Source of the DNA: Chiloscyllium plagiosum
Taxonomy: Eukaryota
Direction of reading: 5' to 3'
NCBI RefSeq assembly: GCF_004010195.1
Contig: NC_057717.1
Span: 74,332,695-74,367,354, forward strand
DNA: 34,660 nucleotides
Part shown: positions 1 to 10,574 of the stretch, piece by piece
Position numbering within the stretch: the first letter of the stretch is position 1
Layout of the letters: every line of letters begins with the position of its first letter
The notes under the pieces: generated by a model
What the model saw: the letters and a program-made list of their open reading frames with translations, nothing else
Told to the model about the DNA's origin: nothing
Databases searched by the model: none
Made by a program: the position numbers and the translations under genes

Positions 1-1010
1 CCCATAGAAAACAGAGGGTAGTGGTAGAAGAGTGTTCTTGAGGCTGACGGTCCATGACTAGAGGTGTTCCACAGGGTTCAGTACTGGGGCCTCTGCATAA
101 ATGCCATGGATAAAAACGTAGATAGGTGGGTTAGTACGTTTACCCACGATACAATGATTGGTAGAGTTGTCGACAGTGCAGAAGGTTGTCAAATGATACA
201 GTGGGATAGGGATCAGTTGCTGATATGGGTGGAGAAATGGCAGTGGAGTTTAATCCGGGTCAGAGTGAAATGCTGCATATTGGGAGATCAACTGTTAAGG
301 AAAGCATACAGTTAATGGCAGGATCTCAAACAGAGGGATCTTGGGATTCAAGTCCATAGCTCGCTGAAAGTGACCGTGCAAGTAGATAGGGTGACAAAGA
401 AGGCATACAGCATGCTTGCCTTTATTGGTCAGAGAATTGAGCAGAAGAGTCAGGATGTCATGTTGCAGCTTTATAAGACTTTTGTTCGGCTAAACTTAGA
501 GTACTTTGTTCAATTCTGGTCACCATATTATAGGATGGATGTGGAGGCTTTGGAGAGGAAGTTTATCAGGATGCTGCCGAGTATGAACTATAAGGAGAGG
601 CTAGAAAAAATCGAGTTGTTTTCTCTGGAACAGCAGAGGCTGAGGGGAGACTTGATTGAAGTATACAAAATTATGAGTTGCATAGATCGGGTTGACCATC
701 AGAATCTTTTTCCTAGACTTGCAGTGTCTACGATTAGGGGCAAAGCATTTAAGGTGAGAGGGGAAAAGTTCAAATGAGATGTGAGGGCAATTTTGTTTTC
801 ACGCAGAAGTCTGAAATGCAGTGCCAGGAGTGGTGGTGGAGGCAGTTGCATTCAGGGCATTTAAGGAACTCTTAGATAAACACATTAATATGCAAGGAAT
901 GGGGAGATGTGGACCATGGGCATCCAGATGGATTAAATTAATTTAGTGTCATGTTCGGCACAATGTTATGGCCGAAGGGACCCATTCCTGTGCTGTTCTG
1001 TTGTATGTTT
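1..1010 (+). mobile_element. CR1-type LINE 3' fragment (decayed ORF2 C-terminus and 3' UTR)
   Basis: ORFs contain LQLYKTFVRLNLEYFVQFWSP and LFSLEQQRLRGDLIEVYKIM, typical of CR1 ORF2. Has stops and frameshifts. Confidence 0.9.
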
Positions 1011-1588
1011 TTATCTTCCACTTCCTATAATACCTCGGTTGCTCAATTTCCCACTGGCTTTTCAACCAGGTGAGGAAACACTCCCACCTCTAGTGACCAA
1101 GGACAAATTGTATTTCTGAAGCTGAGAATTCTTCCTACCATCACTTCTCCAGTTTTCACCAGATACCCCAACTTCACTCGCATACTCCTCATCTCACCAT
1201 GGATTCTATATATCATCAGGTTTTTTCTGACAATACTCCTTCTGAATGATATATATCACCTCACCTCTCAACATCAAAGATTGACATGCTCCCGGATCTC
1301 TTAAAATTGTAATTTCTTTACCAGCCGGCATATACAAATAAAACTTATATTCCCAACTAAATCGTTGGAGGACATCTGTCACTTTCCTCTCAACCAACCT
1401 CTGACAAAGCTGTACATTCTGGCGTGGCTCATTAGCTTCCACTGTGCTTCCCTTCACCACTTCAACAAAATTCACGGGGTTATCCTGTTTTCCCAAATCC
1501 AACTTCCCAGTGTTTTCGAAACCACCGACACTGTGATATCATGTGGCCTACTTTATTGCCGTGAAACCACCTAAGCTTTCTTACATCT

Positions 1589-2038
1589 GGATGTAGGTTT
1601 GCTCGCTGAGCTGGAAGGTTCACAAAACGACATGAACCTCTCTCACTAGTATCCTCACATCAGATAAGGAAGGACACCACTTCGACTGGGACACGACATC
1701 TTTCCGAAGACAAGCCAAACAAAGACACGTGCAAGAATTCCTAGAAGCATGGCATTTCAACTAAAACTCCATCAACAAACACATTGAATTCGACCCCATC
1801 TACCACCCCTTGAAAAAAAAACAACAGGAAGTGACCTCATCACAGGAAATCACATCACTATAGGAAATGACATCACCAACTCAAAGACCATATAACTAGA
1901 AAGCAGGAATTATGAGCAGAGCTTCGCCTGAGGCCCACTCAAGATGTTACCTAATAGGGTGACGAAACGTCTGGACATGAACCTTCCAGCACAGCCAGCA
2001 ATCCAGAACCTCAACCTGAGCTACAAATCTTCTCAGAA
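1589..2038 (+). mobile_element. Penelope-like element 3' fragment (family A) with short inverted 5' end and 13-bp TSD
   Basis: Encodes DKEGHHFDWD...QAKQRHVQEFLEAWH..NSINKHIEFDPIYHPL (GIY-YIG C-terminus). TSD ctttcttacatct at 1576-1588 and 2039-2051. Degenerate hammerhead at 1938-1971. Confidence 0.8.
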
Positions 2039-2778
2039 CTTTCTTACATCTCTTTCCCCTGTCATGGCTTCCTTTTACCCTGTAAGTTATCTTTCTTTTT
2101 GTTTTCAGTGAGATCTCCTTTTCCCTGAACACATGAGGATTTCTCCTTTCCCCAATTTCTATCCTTCACAGATTGAAATTAATGTCGGAAGCCAAACTGT
2201 GATTTATGATCCAACTCATAATCATCAGCCATTTCAGCTGCTAATCTTGCAGTCTTAACTCTCTGCTCTTCCACTACCTCAGGAATTTAATTTTTGAATT
2301 CCTCCAAAAATAATAGCTTCTCTCAGAATCATACATTCGATCTATTTTCCATGCCTTTATCCACCTATCAAAATTACTTTGCTTGATCCTTTCAAACTCA
2401 ATGTGCGTTTGACCAGGGTCCCTCCTTAGATTCCTAAAACATTGCCTGTCGGCTTCTGGCGCTAGCTCATGTGCACTTAAGATGGCTTTCTTCACCTCCT
2501 CATATTCCCCAGATACCTCCTCAGAGAGTAATGCAAAAACCTCACTGGCACTACCTACCAACTTCATTTGGATCAACAATAACCACATTGTCACTGGCCA
2601 TTTCAATGGTTTAGCCACACTCTCTTATTAAATGTAAAAATGCTTCTCCAGCTTTCTCTTTGAATTTAAGAGATGCTTGGACATATTCAAACAGATCCCA
2701 GGCCTTTGACTATAATGGGATTGCTCTCCATCACTAGCCTCCACAGTAAGCGGACTTCTACCCTCACCTCTTCCCTTT

Positions 2779-3085
2779 AGATTAGACTCCCTACAGTATG
2801 GAAACAGGCCCTTCAGACCAACAAGTCCGCACCGACCTTCTGAAGAACCACTCAGACCCATTCCCCAACCGTATGTTTATCCCTGATGAATTCACCTAAT
2901 GCTCTAGGCAGTTAAGCATGGCCAATTCATCTGGCCTGTACATTTTTGGATTGCGGGAGGAAACTGGAGCACCCGGAGGAAACCCACGCAGACACGGGGA
3001 GAATGTGCAAACTCCACACAGTCACCCGAGGCGGGAATCGAACCCAGATCCCTGGTGCTGTGGGGCTGCACTGCTAACCACTGAA
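2779..3085 (-). mobile_element. HE1-type tRNA-derived SINE
   Basis: Reverse strand has cagtggttagc A-box, ggttcgattccc B-box, tgtgtggagtttgcacattctcccc core and gaagggcctgtttcc tail. Confidence 0.85.
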
Positions 3086-4608
3086 GTGGTTTTTTAAGTC
3101 AACTCTCCTCTCTAATTACCAACTTTTGGAGTTCAACTCTCGCTCTTACTGTGTTTCTTCTCTCTCTTTCTCTCCTTATTCTTCTGGGGACTTCCTCTCC
3201 TTTTCTTTTCCCTCTGCTTTTCATGGTAATTCAAATTGTCTCATTTCCAGTTAATTTCCTTTTGCTTCTAATTCAAGCTGCGTTATTTGCAGTTGAATTT
3301 CGGCCATTTCCAAAGACACTGATGGCTTTTCCGCCAATGTTCAATGCTGTACAATTGCCACAAGCACCTTCCCCTTCGTCGCAAACCGAGGCAATCCAGC
3401 TTGTTTGCTCACTTCTTGAAAAACTCCCGAAGTCACTTCGTCCACTCCCAGAAAACCTCGTAGTCACTGAAAAAGCCATTACAGCACAAAGCACACCCAG
3501 TTTAAAGGAACCAAATTCAACCCCCGATATAAATGACACCAACATTTATCACTCACAGCCTTTGATTCCAGCAATCCTAAACCCAATCTGGAACTGCAGA
3601 TTTTGATTCCAACCCGGGTCCCCGATTGGTTATAGACCACATCAGACCCTCACAAAATATTTTAACAAGGTAGTCTGGAACATAATGTTTTCTTATTTTC
3701 AAGGGAGATGGAAAGTATATATTTCCCAATGCAATGTAACTGGTCAAACTGCTCAACGTTAAGCAAGACCCCATTTATTTAAACACTGTAATTAAAATCA
3801 ACCAAAGACAGAGGAATTTAGAATAACAACTGTATCGGAAAACATAACCGACTAATAGATATAATAATTATTACTAATTAACTGTTCCAAAGTGGTAACC
3901 GTCCATAAATACACCCCTTGGTAAAATGGAAAAGTCAGACACAGATTCTCACATGCAGTTCTTTAATCCAGGAGGAAAAAAAACATCACGAGAAAATTCA
4001 GAGCGAGTTGCAGCCAGGAGACATTCACTGAAGCTTTAAACTCTTGAAGTCCTCAGCATTGTCGCACAAGGGGGCGAGGGAGGGCACAAATTCAAATTAC
4101 AGCATCTCCCAAGCCAGACAGAAATGAGAGAGAAAAATGATTTTCTTAGACTTTCATTAATGCTTGCAACCAAATTCCAGCATCTATGTCTTGTATCCGG
4201 ATATAAGACTGTGATTTCAGACCTTCACTTCCATTTTCTGAGTGCGACATCATCCTTCTTTAAATGTGAATTCCCTTTTGTCTCTCCACAAATGCTCCCA
4301 GGTCTATTCCGTTTCCCCAGCGTTCTCTCTTTATCCCTCAGATTTGCAGAAACTGCCCTCTCTTTCTTTCAAATGATTTCTGCAACCTGCTAGCGTTTCC
4401 TTGATGCTGGTAAAAGTGTATAAGTTGCTGTATTCTGGACCTAAGAACGACAGACCATATCAAACCACTTCCTCCATCCCATATGACTGAAACATTGTTC
4501 AGCGGAATGCGAAACAAACCTTTTAGAATTATTTTGTACTGCAAAACGCCTTTGAAGTGAGTTGAAGTTGAATTGTGATAACCGCCGTTTTTCAGGTAGA
4601 ACTGTGCA

Positions 4609-4635
4609 TTGACACTTAAGTGTCAAACAGGAAAC
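4609..4635. promoter_or_regulatory. 18-bp perfect palindrome TTGACACTTAAGTGTCAA (T-box-like) followed by ETS-like CAGGAA
   Basis: Palindrome at 4609-4626 seen directly, about 140 nt upstream of the leader ATG. It resembles the palindromic T-box site T(G/C)ACACCTAGGTGTGA. Function is inferred. Confidence 0.3.
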
Positions 4636-4763
4636 ACACAGACATCCTTTACACGGGATGGCAATTTCCGCCTCTAGAGCTGTATGTTATTGCATTTCAA
4701 GATCAAGCTTCACAAATACGTTAGTCAGTGCGAAGCTGATTGTAAGAATTTCACCTTCAGGCA

Positions 4764-4806
4764 ATGAATTTCTCAGCCCTGTGCAGACTGTTTCATCTTC
4801 TACCAG
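4764..4806 (+). CDS. Predicted leader (signal peptide) exon MNFSALCRLFHLLP
   Basis: gcaATG (purine at -3), 14 codons plus 1 nt, donor CAG|GTTAGA, phase 1. Splices in frame to 8326 to give MNFSALCRLFHLLPVIAS|Q. Lies in non-repetitive sequence. Confidence 0.6.
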
Positions 4807-5170
4807 GTTAGACCTTCTTACGTTTAGTCTATGGGGTACTTCCAAGGTGTGATCAATAGGAAACTTGATCAAGCAGAAGATTAAGTGGCTGCATTCTTTC
4901 GCGTCAGTATTATCAAAAGTCTATACAATAGACAAATCTGATGGCTACTATTGGAAAATAAACTGATGGTTGATGTTGTCAATCCATGCCAATGTTTATC
5001 TCTCCACAAAAATAATTAAAATACCACTTCTGATAACACTGGCAAAGTTGTTTGCGGAATCTTCTTCTATATAAATTTGTCTGCCAGTTTTCCTAGATTG
5101 AAATTGACTGGGACTACCAGAATGTTAAAGGTTTGGATGATGAAGAAGTTGTTAAATGCGTTTAAGGAGG

Positions 5171-5430
5171 GAGGCACGGTGGCTCAGTGGTTAGCACTGC
5201 TGCCTCACAGCACCAGGGTCCCAGGTTCAATTCCAACCTCGGGTGATTGCGTGGAGTTTGTACATTCTCCCCGTGTCTGCGTGGCTTTGCTCCGGTTTAC
5301 ACCCACAGCCCAAAGATGTGCAGGTCAGGTTAATTGGCCATGCTAAATTGCCCAAAATGTTAGGTGCATTAGTCAGAGGGAAATGGGTCAGGGTGGGCTG
5401 AAGGGCCTGTTTCCACACTGTCGGGAATAT
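5171..5430 (+). mobile_element. HE1-type tRNA-derived SINE (a further 3' fragment lies at about 5500-5570)
   Basis: ggcacggtggctcagtggttagcactgctgcctcacagc...ggttcaattcc...gaagggcctgtttccacactgt. Confidence 0.9.
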
Positions 5431-5569
5431 AATGTAAAAAAAAATGTTCGTTATCAATATGTAAATGTTCTTACAACAGAAGGAGCAAAATAGTAGGAGA
5501 ATGGGTCAGTGTGGACTTGTTGGGCAGAAAGGTCTGTTTCCACACTCTAGGGATTCTAACCTAATCTAA

Positions 5570-7990
5570 AACTTGACTTTCTCTTGGGTGATCAGACAGG
5601 GCAAGTGACTGAAGTTATAGTAGGGAAACAATTTGGGTCTAGTGATCATAGTTCTATTTGTTTTAAAATTGTTATGGAAAGAGATAAGACTTCCATAAAA
5701 AACTACAATTTTCAATTGGAGTAAGGCAATTTTTAATGTTGTGCGACAAGAACTTTCAAAAACTGATTGAAGTAGACTGTTTGCAAATTAAGGAACGTGT
5801 GATCATTGGGGGTGGTTACAAAAACGCCATAAGGAGAGTTCAGAGTCATTATTTTGTTGTTAGAGCGAAAGGTAAGACTTGTAGGCTTAGAAAACAATGG
5901 ATGAATAAAGATATTGAGGTTCTAGTCAAGAATTTCTAAAATCATAAATATGGACAACTGGGTTCAAATGAATCTTTTGAACAGTATGAAGAATGTAGGG
6001 ATTCTTAAGAGGGAGATCAGAAAGGCAGAGAGATGTTATGAGATAGCCTTGGAAAATAAGATTAAGGATAATTCAAATAGATTCTATCAGAACATTAAGA
6101 GCATGAGAATATCTCGAGAAAGAATAGGGCCCCTTAAAGATCAAAGAGGTCCTCTTTGTGTTGAACCCCCATGAGACGGGGGAGACATTAAATGAACATT
6201 TTGCATCAGCTTTACTTAAGAGAGAGAAATGGAGTAAATATTGATATTTTGAAAACAGTTCACATTACACAAAAGTAAGTGCTGGAGTTCTTTGAAAATA
6301 TAAAGGTGAAAAATCTCCAGGACCTGATTTAGTATACCTCCGCACTTTGTGGGAAATTAGGGAAGAAATTGCAGGGCCCCTTGCAGAAATATTTGTATCA
6401 TCGATAACCACAGATAATGTGCTGGATGAGTAGCTAATGCTGTGTTTTTTTTTGTTGAAGAAGAAATGTAAGGAAAAGCCGGGGAACTGTAGACCTGTGA
6501 GTCTGACTTCTTGGTGATTAAGTTGTTAGAGTTGATTTTGGAGGATAGGATTCACAGTATGTGCATTGATTAGGGATAGTCAGCATGGTTTGGTGTGAGG
6601 GAAATCATGTCTCACAAACTTGATTGATTTCTTTCAAGAGAAAATGAGGACTGCAGATGCTGGAGTTCAGAGTCGAAACGCATAGTGCTGGAAAAGCACA
6701 GCCAGTCAGGCAGGCAGCATCCGGGGAGCAGGAGGGTCAAAACTTCAAGCATAAGCCCTTCATTAGGATTGGCTTTACGTTCGAAACATCGACTCTCCTG
6801 CTCCTCGGATGCTGCCTGACTGGCTGTGCTTTTCCGGCGCCACACTTTTTGTCACTGAGTTCTTTCAGGAAGTAACCAAGAAAATTGATGAGCAGTAGAC
6901 ATTGTTAACTTGGAAGTTAGTAAAGCCTTTGGCAAGGTTCTATATGGTAGACTAATTTAAAGTTAGATCATATTGGATTCAGGGTGAGCTTGTCAATTTG
7001 GATACAAAATTGGCTGAAAAGCAGGAGACAGAAAGTGATGGTGGGGGGTTATTTTTTGGACTGGAGGCCTCTGAGTCCACTTATGTTTGTCATTTATATA
7101 AATGATTTAGATGAGAATATAGAAGGTGTGATCAGTATGCTTGTGGATGACACAAAGTGTAATGGTATTGTGACAAGTGAAGAGAGTTATTAAGATTACA
7201 AAGAGATCTACATCAATTTGGTCAATTGTCTGAAGAATGGCAGGTGGAATTTAATTTGGATAAATGCGAAGTTTTGCATTTTGATACAACAAACAAAGAC
7301 AGGAAGTATATAATTTAAAAAAGAGCCTTGGGTAGTGTTGCAAAACAGATAGACCTAGAGGTTCAGGCACATAATTCTTTGAAGTTTGAATCACATATAG
7401 ATAGGGTGGTTAAGAAGACATTTAGTGCATTTACCATCATTGCTACACCTTTTGAGTATAAGAGTTGAGTCATTACATTGAGGTCGTACAGGACATTGGA
7501 GAAGCGTTTTCCGCAGTACTGCGTCCAGATCTGATAGGATATTATTAAACTGGAGAGGGTTCAGAAGAGATTTACCAGGACGTTGCCAGGAATAGCGGGT
7601 TTGAGTTATAAGGAGAGGCTGGATAGGTTGGCTGCATAGGAGGTTGAGGTGTGACCTTATAGAGGTCTATAAAATCATGAGGGGTGTATATTAGACGAAT
7701 GGCAGGTGTCTTTTCTCTAAGATGGGAGATTTCAAGACAAGGAGACATATTTTTAAACTGAGTGGAGAAAGATTCGAAGAAGACACGGGGGTAATGATTT
7801 TACACAGAGAGTAGTCCGTGTATGGAATGCACTTCCATGTGGTGAATGGGGGTAGAGTTATAACGTTTAACAGACATTTGAAGAAGAAACGTTTGGAGGA
7901 ATAAGGGCCAAGTGCAGACAGGTGGGACTAGTTTAGTTAGGGATTATGATCTGGGGTCTGTTTCCACAATGTGTCACTCTATGCCTTCAT
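5570..7990 (+). mobile_element. Long decayed CR1 LINE in intron 1
   Basis: SDH endonuclease end near 5641, RPVSLTS near 6490, QHG..GKSCLTNL near 6580, YINDLD..DDTK near 7100-7160, 3' UTR to about 7985. Confidence 0.9.
6637..6853. mobile_element. Inverted-repeat Penelope-like terminal fragment (family C) inserted in CR1
   Basis: gctggaaaagcacagccagtcaggcag...ctgcctgactggctgtgcttttccggc inverted arms, with a degenerate flanking duplication (ttgatttctttcaag / ctgagttctttcagg). Confidence 0.7.
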
Positions 7991-8039
7991 GAATTATGAC
8001 TGCACGTCAAGATTGATTTAATTGGCTGTGCAGTGACTT

Positions 8040-8280
8040 ATTCTCTACATATTTCTTTCTATCTTTCTTTTTTTCTTTCCCACTTTATTTCTTTTTCTCC
8101 TTCATTCGCTCTTTCATTGTTTCTCTCGTTGTTTATTTCTTTCCTTATATCATTCTTTCTTAACCTTTTCTTTTTTCCCTCAGTCTCTTCCTCTCTTCAT
8201 TCCTTCTTTATTTGTATCCTTTCTTTCCGTCTGCATTTCCTTCTTTATCTCTTTCTTTCCCCCTTCCTTCTCTCGGTTTT
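8040..8280 (+). repeat. Pyrimidine-rich (TTTC/TTCT) low-complexity tract just upstream of the VJ exon
   Basis: About 240 nt that is predominantly C/T. Confidence 0.9.
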
Positions 8281-8325
8281 GTTTGGTCATGAAATTACTG
8301 ATTGTGCTATGTCCTGTTTGCTCAG

Positions 8326-8657
8326 TTATTGCCTCTCAGGTAGTGCCCTGGCAGTCACCGCCAGCCTTGAGTGTTACTGATACCGCTAAGCTGCATTGCC
8401 ACATTGACAGATTGGCGAGTGGAGCTGTCTACTGGTACCAACAGCACCAAGGGCATCAACTGCACAATGTTTACACTGTGAGCAAGCACCTCCCTCCAGA
8501 TGGAATGTTTTCTGGACAAGTTAACAACAAATCGACGACTTACACTCTTGTGATTAAGGATATCCAGAGAAATAATTCGGCTCTGTATTACTGCGCTGAA
8601 GGAAATTTCCCACAAGGCCTTTCATGTTCGGCAATGGATCCAAGTTATTCATAACAG
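8326..8657 (+). CDS. V-set Ig exon with J segment already in the same exon (VJ); 1-nt frameshift between YYC and FGXG
   Basis: Acceptor ctcag| at 8325. Motifs QSPPALSV, KLHC, VYWYQQ, FSG, YTLVI, ALYYC (TGC 8592-8594). In the shifted frame 8621-8656 reads FMFGNGSKLFIT, followed by phase-1 donor G|GTAAGA at 8657/8658. Confidence 0.9.
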
Positions 8658-8744
8658 GTAAGAGTTAAGACTGATTTATTCACTTTGCCATGAACGACTA
8701 GGAATGTTGAACAGTAATTGCTTCTCACCTACTACACTCATCAG

Positions 8745-9047
8745 GTTCCCCCACCATACTTCTCCTATATCCACCTCTGGATGAAATGTTTTCCATGGAA
8801 ACTGTCCCATTGGTGTGTTTGGTGAGCAACATGCTCTCTGATAGCCTCTCCGTCCGCTGGAACGTTTTGACATTGGGTGCCAAACGTTGGGCAGATTCTG
8901 GAATGGTGGACTCTGCTGGAAAATACAGTATCAGAAATCATAGCCGGGTCCCAGCTGAAGCTTGGTGCGATGGTGCTGCCTATAATTGCTCAGTTCAAAT
9001 CAACTCAACTACAATTCTTCTCAGTGAAAGTATCTCTAATCCGAGAG
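8745..9047 (+). CDS. C1-set Ig constant domain exon
   Basis: Acceptor catcag|, donor G|GTAAAT, 303 nt, open frame. GSPTILLLYPPLDEM..VPLVCLVSNM...SVRW...GKYSIRNHSRVPAEAW..GAAYNCSVQ has C1 hallmarks: P-x-I-x-L-x-PP, LVCLV, V-x-W, G-x-YS, W..G..Y-x-C-x-V. Confidence 0.9.
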
Positions 9048-9145
9048 GTAAATATTGAACACAGCTTTTAATTCTAATGTTTACTGCCTTCATTTTATTT
9101 GCATCCATGACAAATTACCTGGTCATCCGCCACTTGCATACAGAG

Positions 9146-9310
9146 CTGGAGAAGTCAATGTTTCAGATGTAACCCTCCTTCTGTCCTGAAGAAGGGTTAT
9201 ACCTGAAACGTTGACTTCTGCACTACTCAATGCTGCCTGGGCTTGCTGTGTTTTTTCAGCATCCTGCTTATCTACTTTAGGTTCCAGCATTTGTAGTTGT
9301 TTTGTCTCTA
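9146..9310 (+). mobile_element. Penelope-like family C 3' end with hammerhead-like motif
   Basis: CTGAAGA-a-gggttatacct-GAAA-cgtt at 9186-9212, then gctgcctg..ccagcatttgtagt tail shared with 33668-33796. Confidence 0.65.
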
Positions 9311-9324
9311 ACTTTCATATAAAA

Positions 9325-10165
9325 GCATAGAGTCGTGGACATGCACAGCACAGAAACAGACCCTTTGCTCCACTTCATCCACGCTGACCAGATATCCTAA
9401 ATTAATCCAGCCCCATTTGCCACCATTTGGCCTACATTCCTCTACATGCTTCCTAATCCCATACCCATCCAGATGCCCTTTAAATGTTGTAATTTTACCA
9501 GCCTCCACCACTTCCATTCATGTATCACATGCTGTGTGAAAAATGTTACGCCTTAAGTCCCTTTTCAATCTTTCCCTTCCCACCTTAAACCTTATACCCT
9601 CCAGTTTTGGATTCCCCTATCCTAAAGAAAAGACCTTGACTATTTATCCTATCCATGCCCCTCATGATTTTATAAACTTTTGTAAGGTCATCCCTCAGCC
9701 TCCAGTGCTCCAGCCTATTCAGCCACTCCCTCTAGCTCAAATCCTCCAACATCCTTGTAAATGTTTTTCTGAACCCTTTCAAGTTTCACAACATCCTTCT
9801 GATATGAGGGAGACCAGAATTGCACACAGTATTTCATAAGTGGCTTCACCAATGTCCTGTACAGGACCATGACCTCCCAACTCATATACTCAATGCACTA
9901 ACAAATAAAGGCAAGCATGCCAAATGCCTTATTTGCTAACCTGTCTACCTGCGACCAAATGAACTATGAACCTGGACTTAAGGTCTCTTTGTTCAGCAAC
10001 ACTCCCCAGGACCTTACCATTAAGTGTATAAGTCTTGCCCTGATTTGCCTTTCCAAAGAGCAGCACTTCACATTTATCTAAATTAAACTCCATCTGCCAC
10101 TAGTCGGCCCATTAGATCATGGTCCTTTTGTACTCTGAGGTAACCTACTTCACTGTCCACTATCT
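9325..10165 (-). mobile_element. CR1 LINE 3' fragment
   Basis: Reverse strand reads EVVEAGKITTFKGHLD, plus a CR1 3' UTR. Confidence 0.85.
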
Positions 10166-10574
10166 CGAGTAGGTTAGTTTTCAGAATACGTAACTGCATT
10201 TGTTTCATTAGAAAAGTTTTGAATCGTTGATTATTAAGCTACTGGCTTGAATTTTACAAATTAGATTGGAAAATATAAGGTCCATTTCCAATCCATAACT
10301 TTCCTCATTGAGCCTGTGTTTCAATTAAACCCAACAGGTAAATGGTAGTGCTCCTACTTCTCGTAAACCCTTCCCTAACTATATATTAATAATACCTTAA
10401 GCTGGTGCTCCTGTTCTCATGTCCCTTTCTCCCACATGTGTTTAAGGAATAACCATGCTAATTGCACACCGTTTCCACTCCTCCTTGAAGCATAGCTATT
10501 CATATACCATACTAAGCACTGTTTGAGAAGTAATTGATTTTGGATATAGTAGCGAGGCAATAATACTGGCACGA

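Larger units (their letters stand above)
1050..4050 (-). mobile_element. Decayed Gypsy (Gmr1-like) LTR retrotransposon: gag with SCAN-related region, degenerate zinc knuckle, protease; interrupted by a Penelope fragment and a SINE
   Basis: 2274-2618(-) YEEVKKAILSAHELAPEADRQCFRNLRR..THIEF (Gmr1 gag/SCAN-like). About 1525-1570(-) WFHGNKVGHMISQC (mutated CCHC). 1206-1502(-) ITILRDPGACQSL (RDTGA-type protease motif). Probable LTR at about 3630-4050. Confidence 0.75.

Noticed and set aside
3151-3606. 151-aa + strand ORF with hydrophobic N-terminus
   Set aside because: Antisense of the purine-rich gag N-terminus of the Gypsy remnant.
4338-4872. Short minus-strand ORFs near the leader
   Set aside because: No recognisable motifs; the region is better explained as promoter and leader of the + strand gene.
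5171-5245. tRNA-like sequence with A and B boxes
   Set aside because: Head of an HE1-type SINE with the SINE body attached, present in several copies; not a tRNA gene.
8033-8380. 115-aa very hydrophobic ORF
   Set aside because: Translation of the pyrimidine-rich low-complexity tract.
8463-8480. CACAATG and CACTGTG heptamer-like words inside the V exon
   Set aside because: No nonamer at 12- or 23-nt spacing, and they lie mid-domain rather than at the V-J boundary.
8326-9047. Calling the gene an Ig light chain, TCR chain or pre-TCR alpha
   Set aside because: The C1 exon ends in a phase-1 donor with no terminal Cys, a TM exon follows, and the TM has no basic residues. No gene symbol can be supported.
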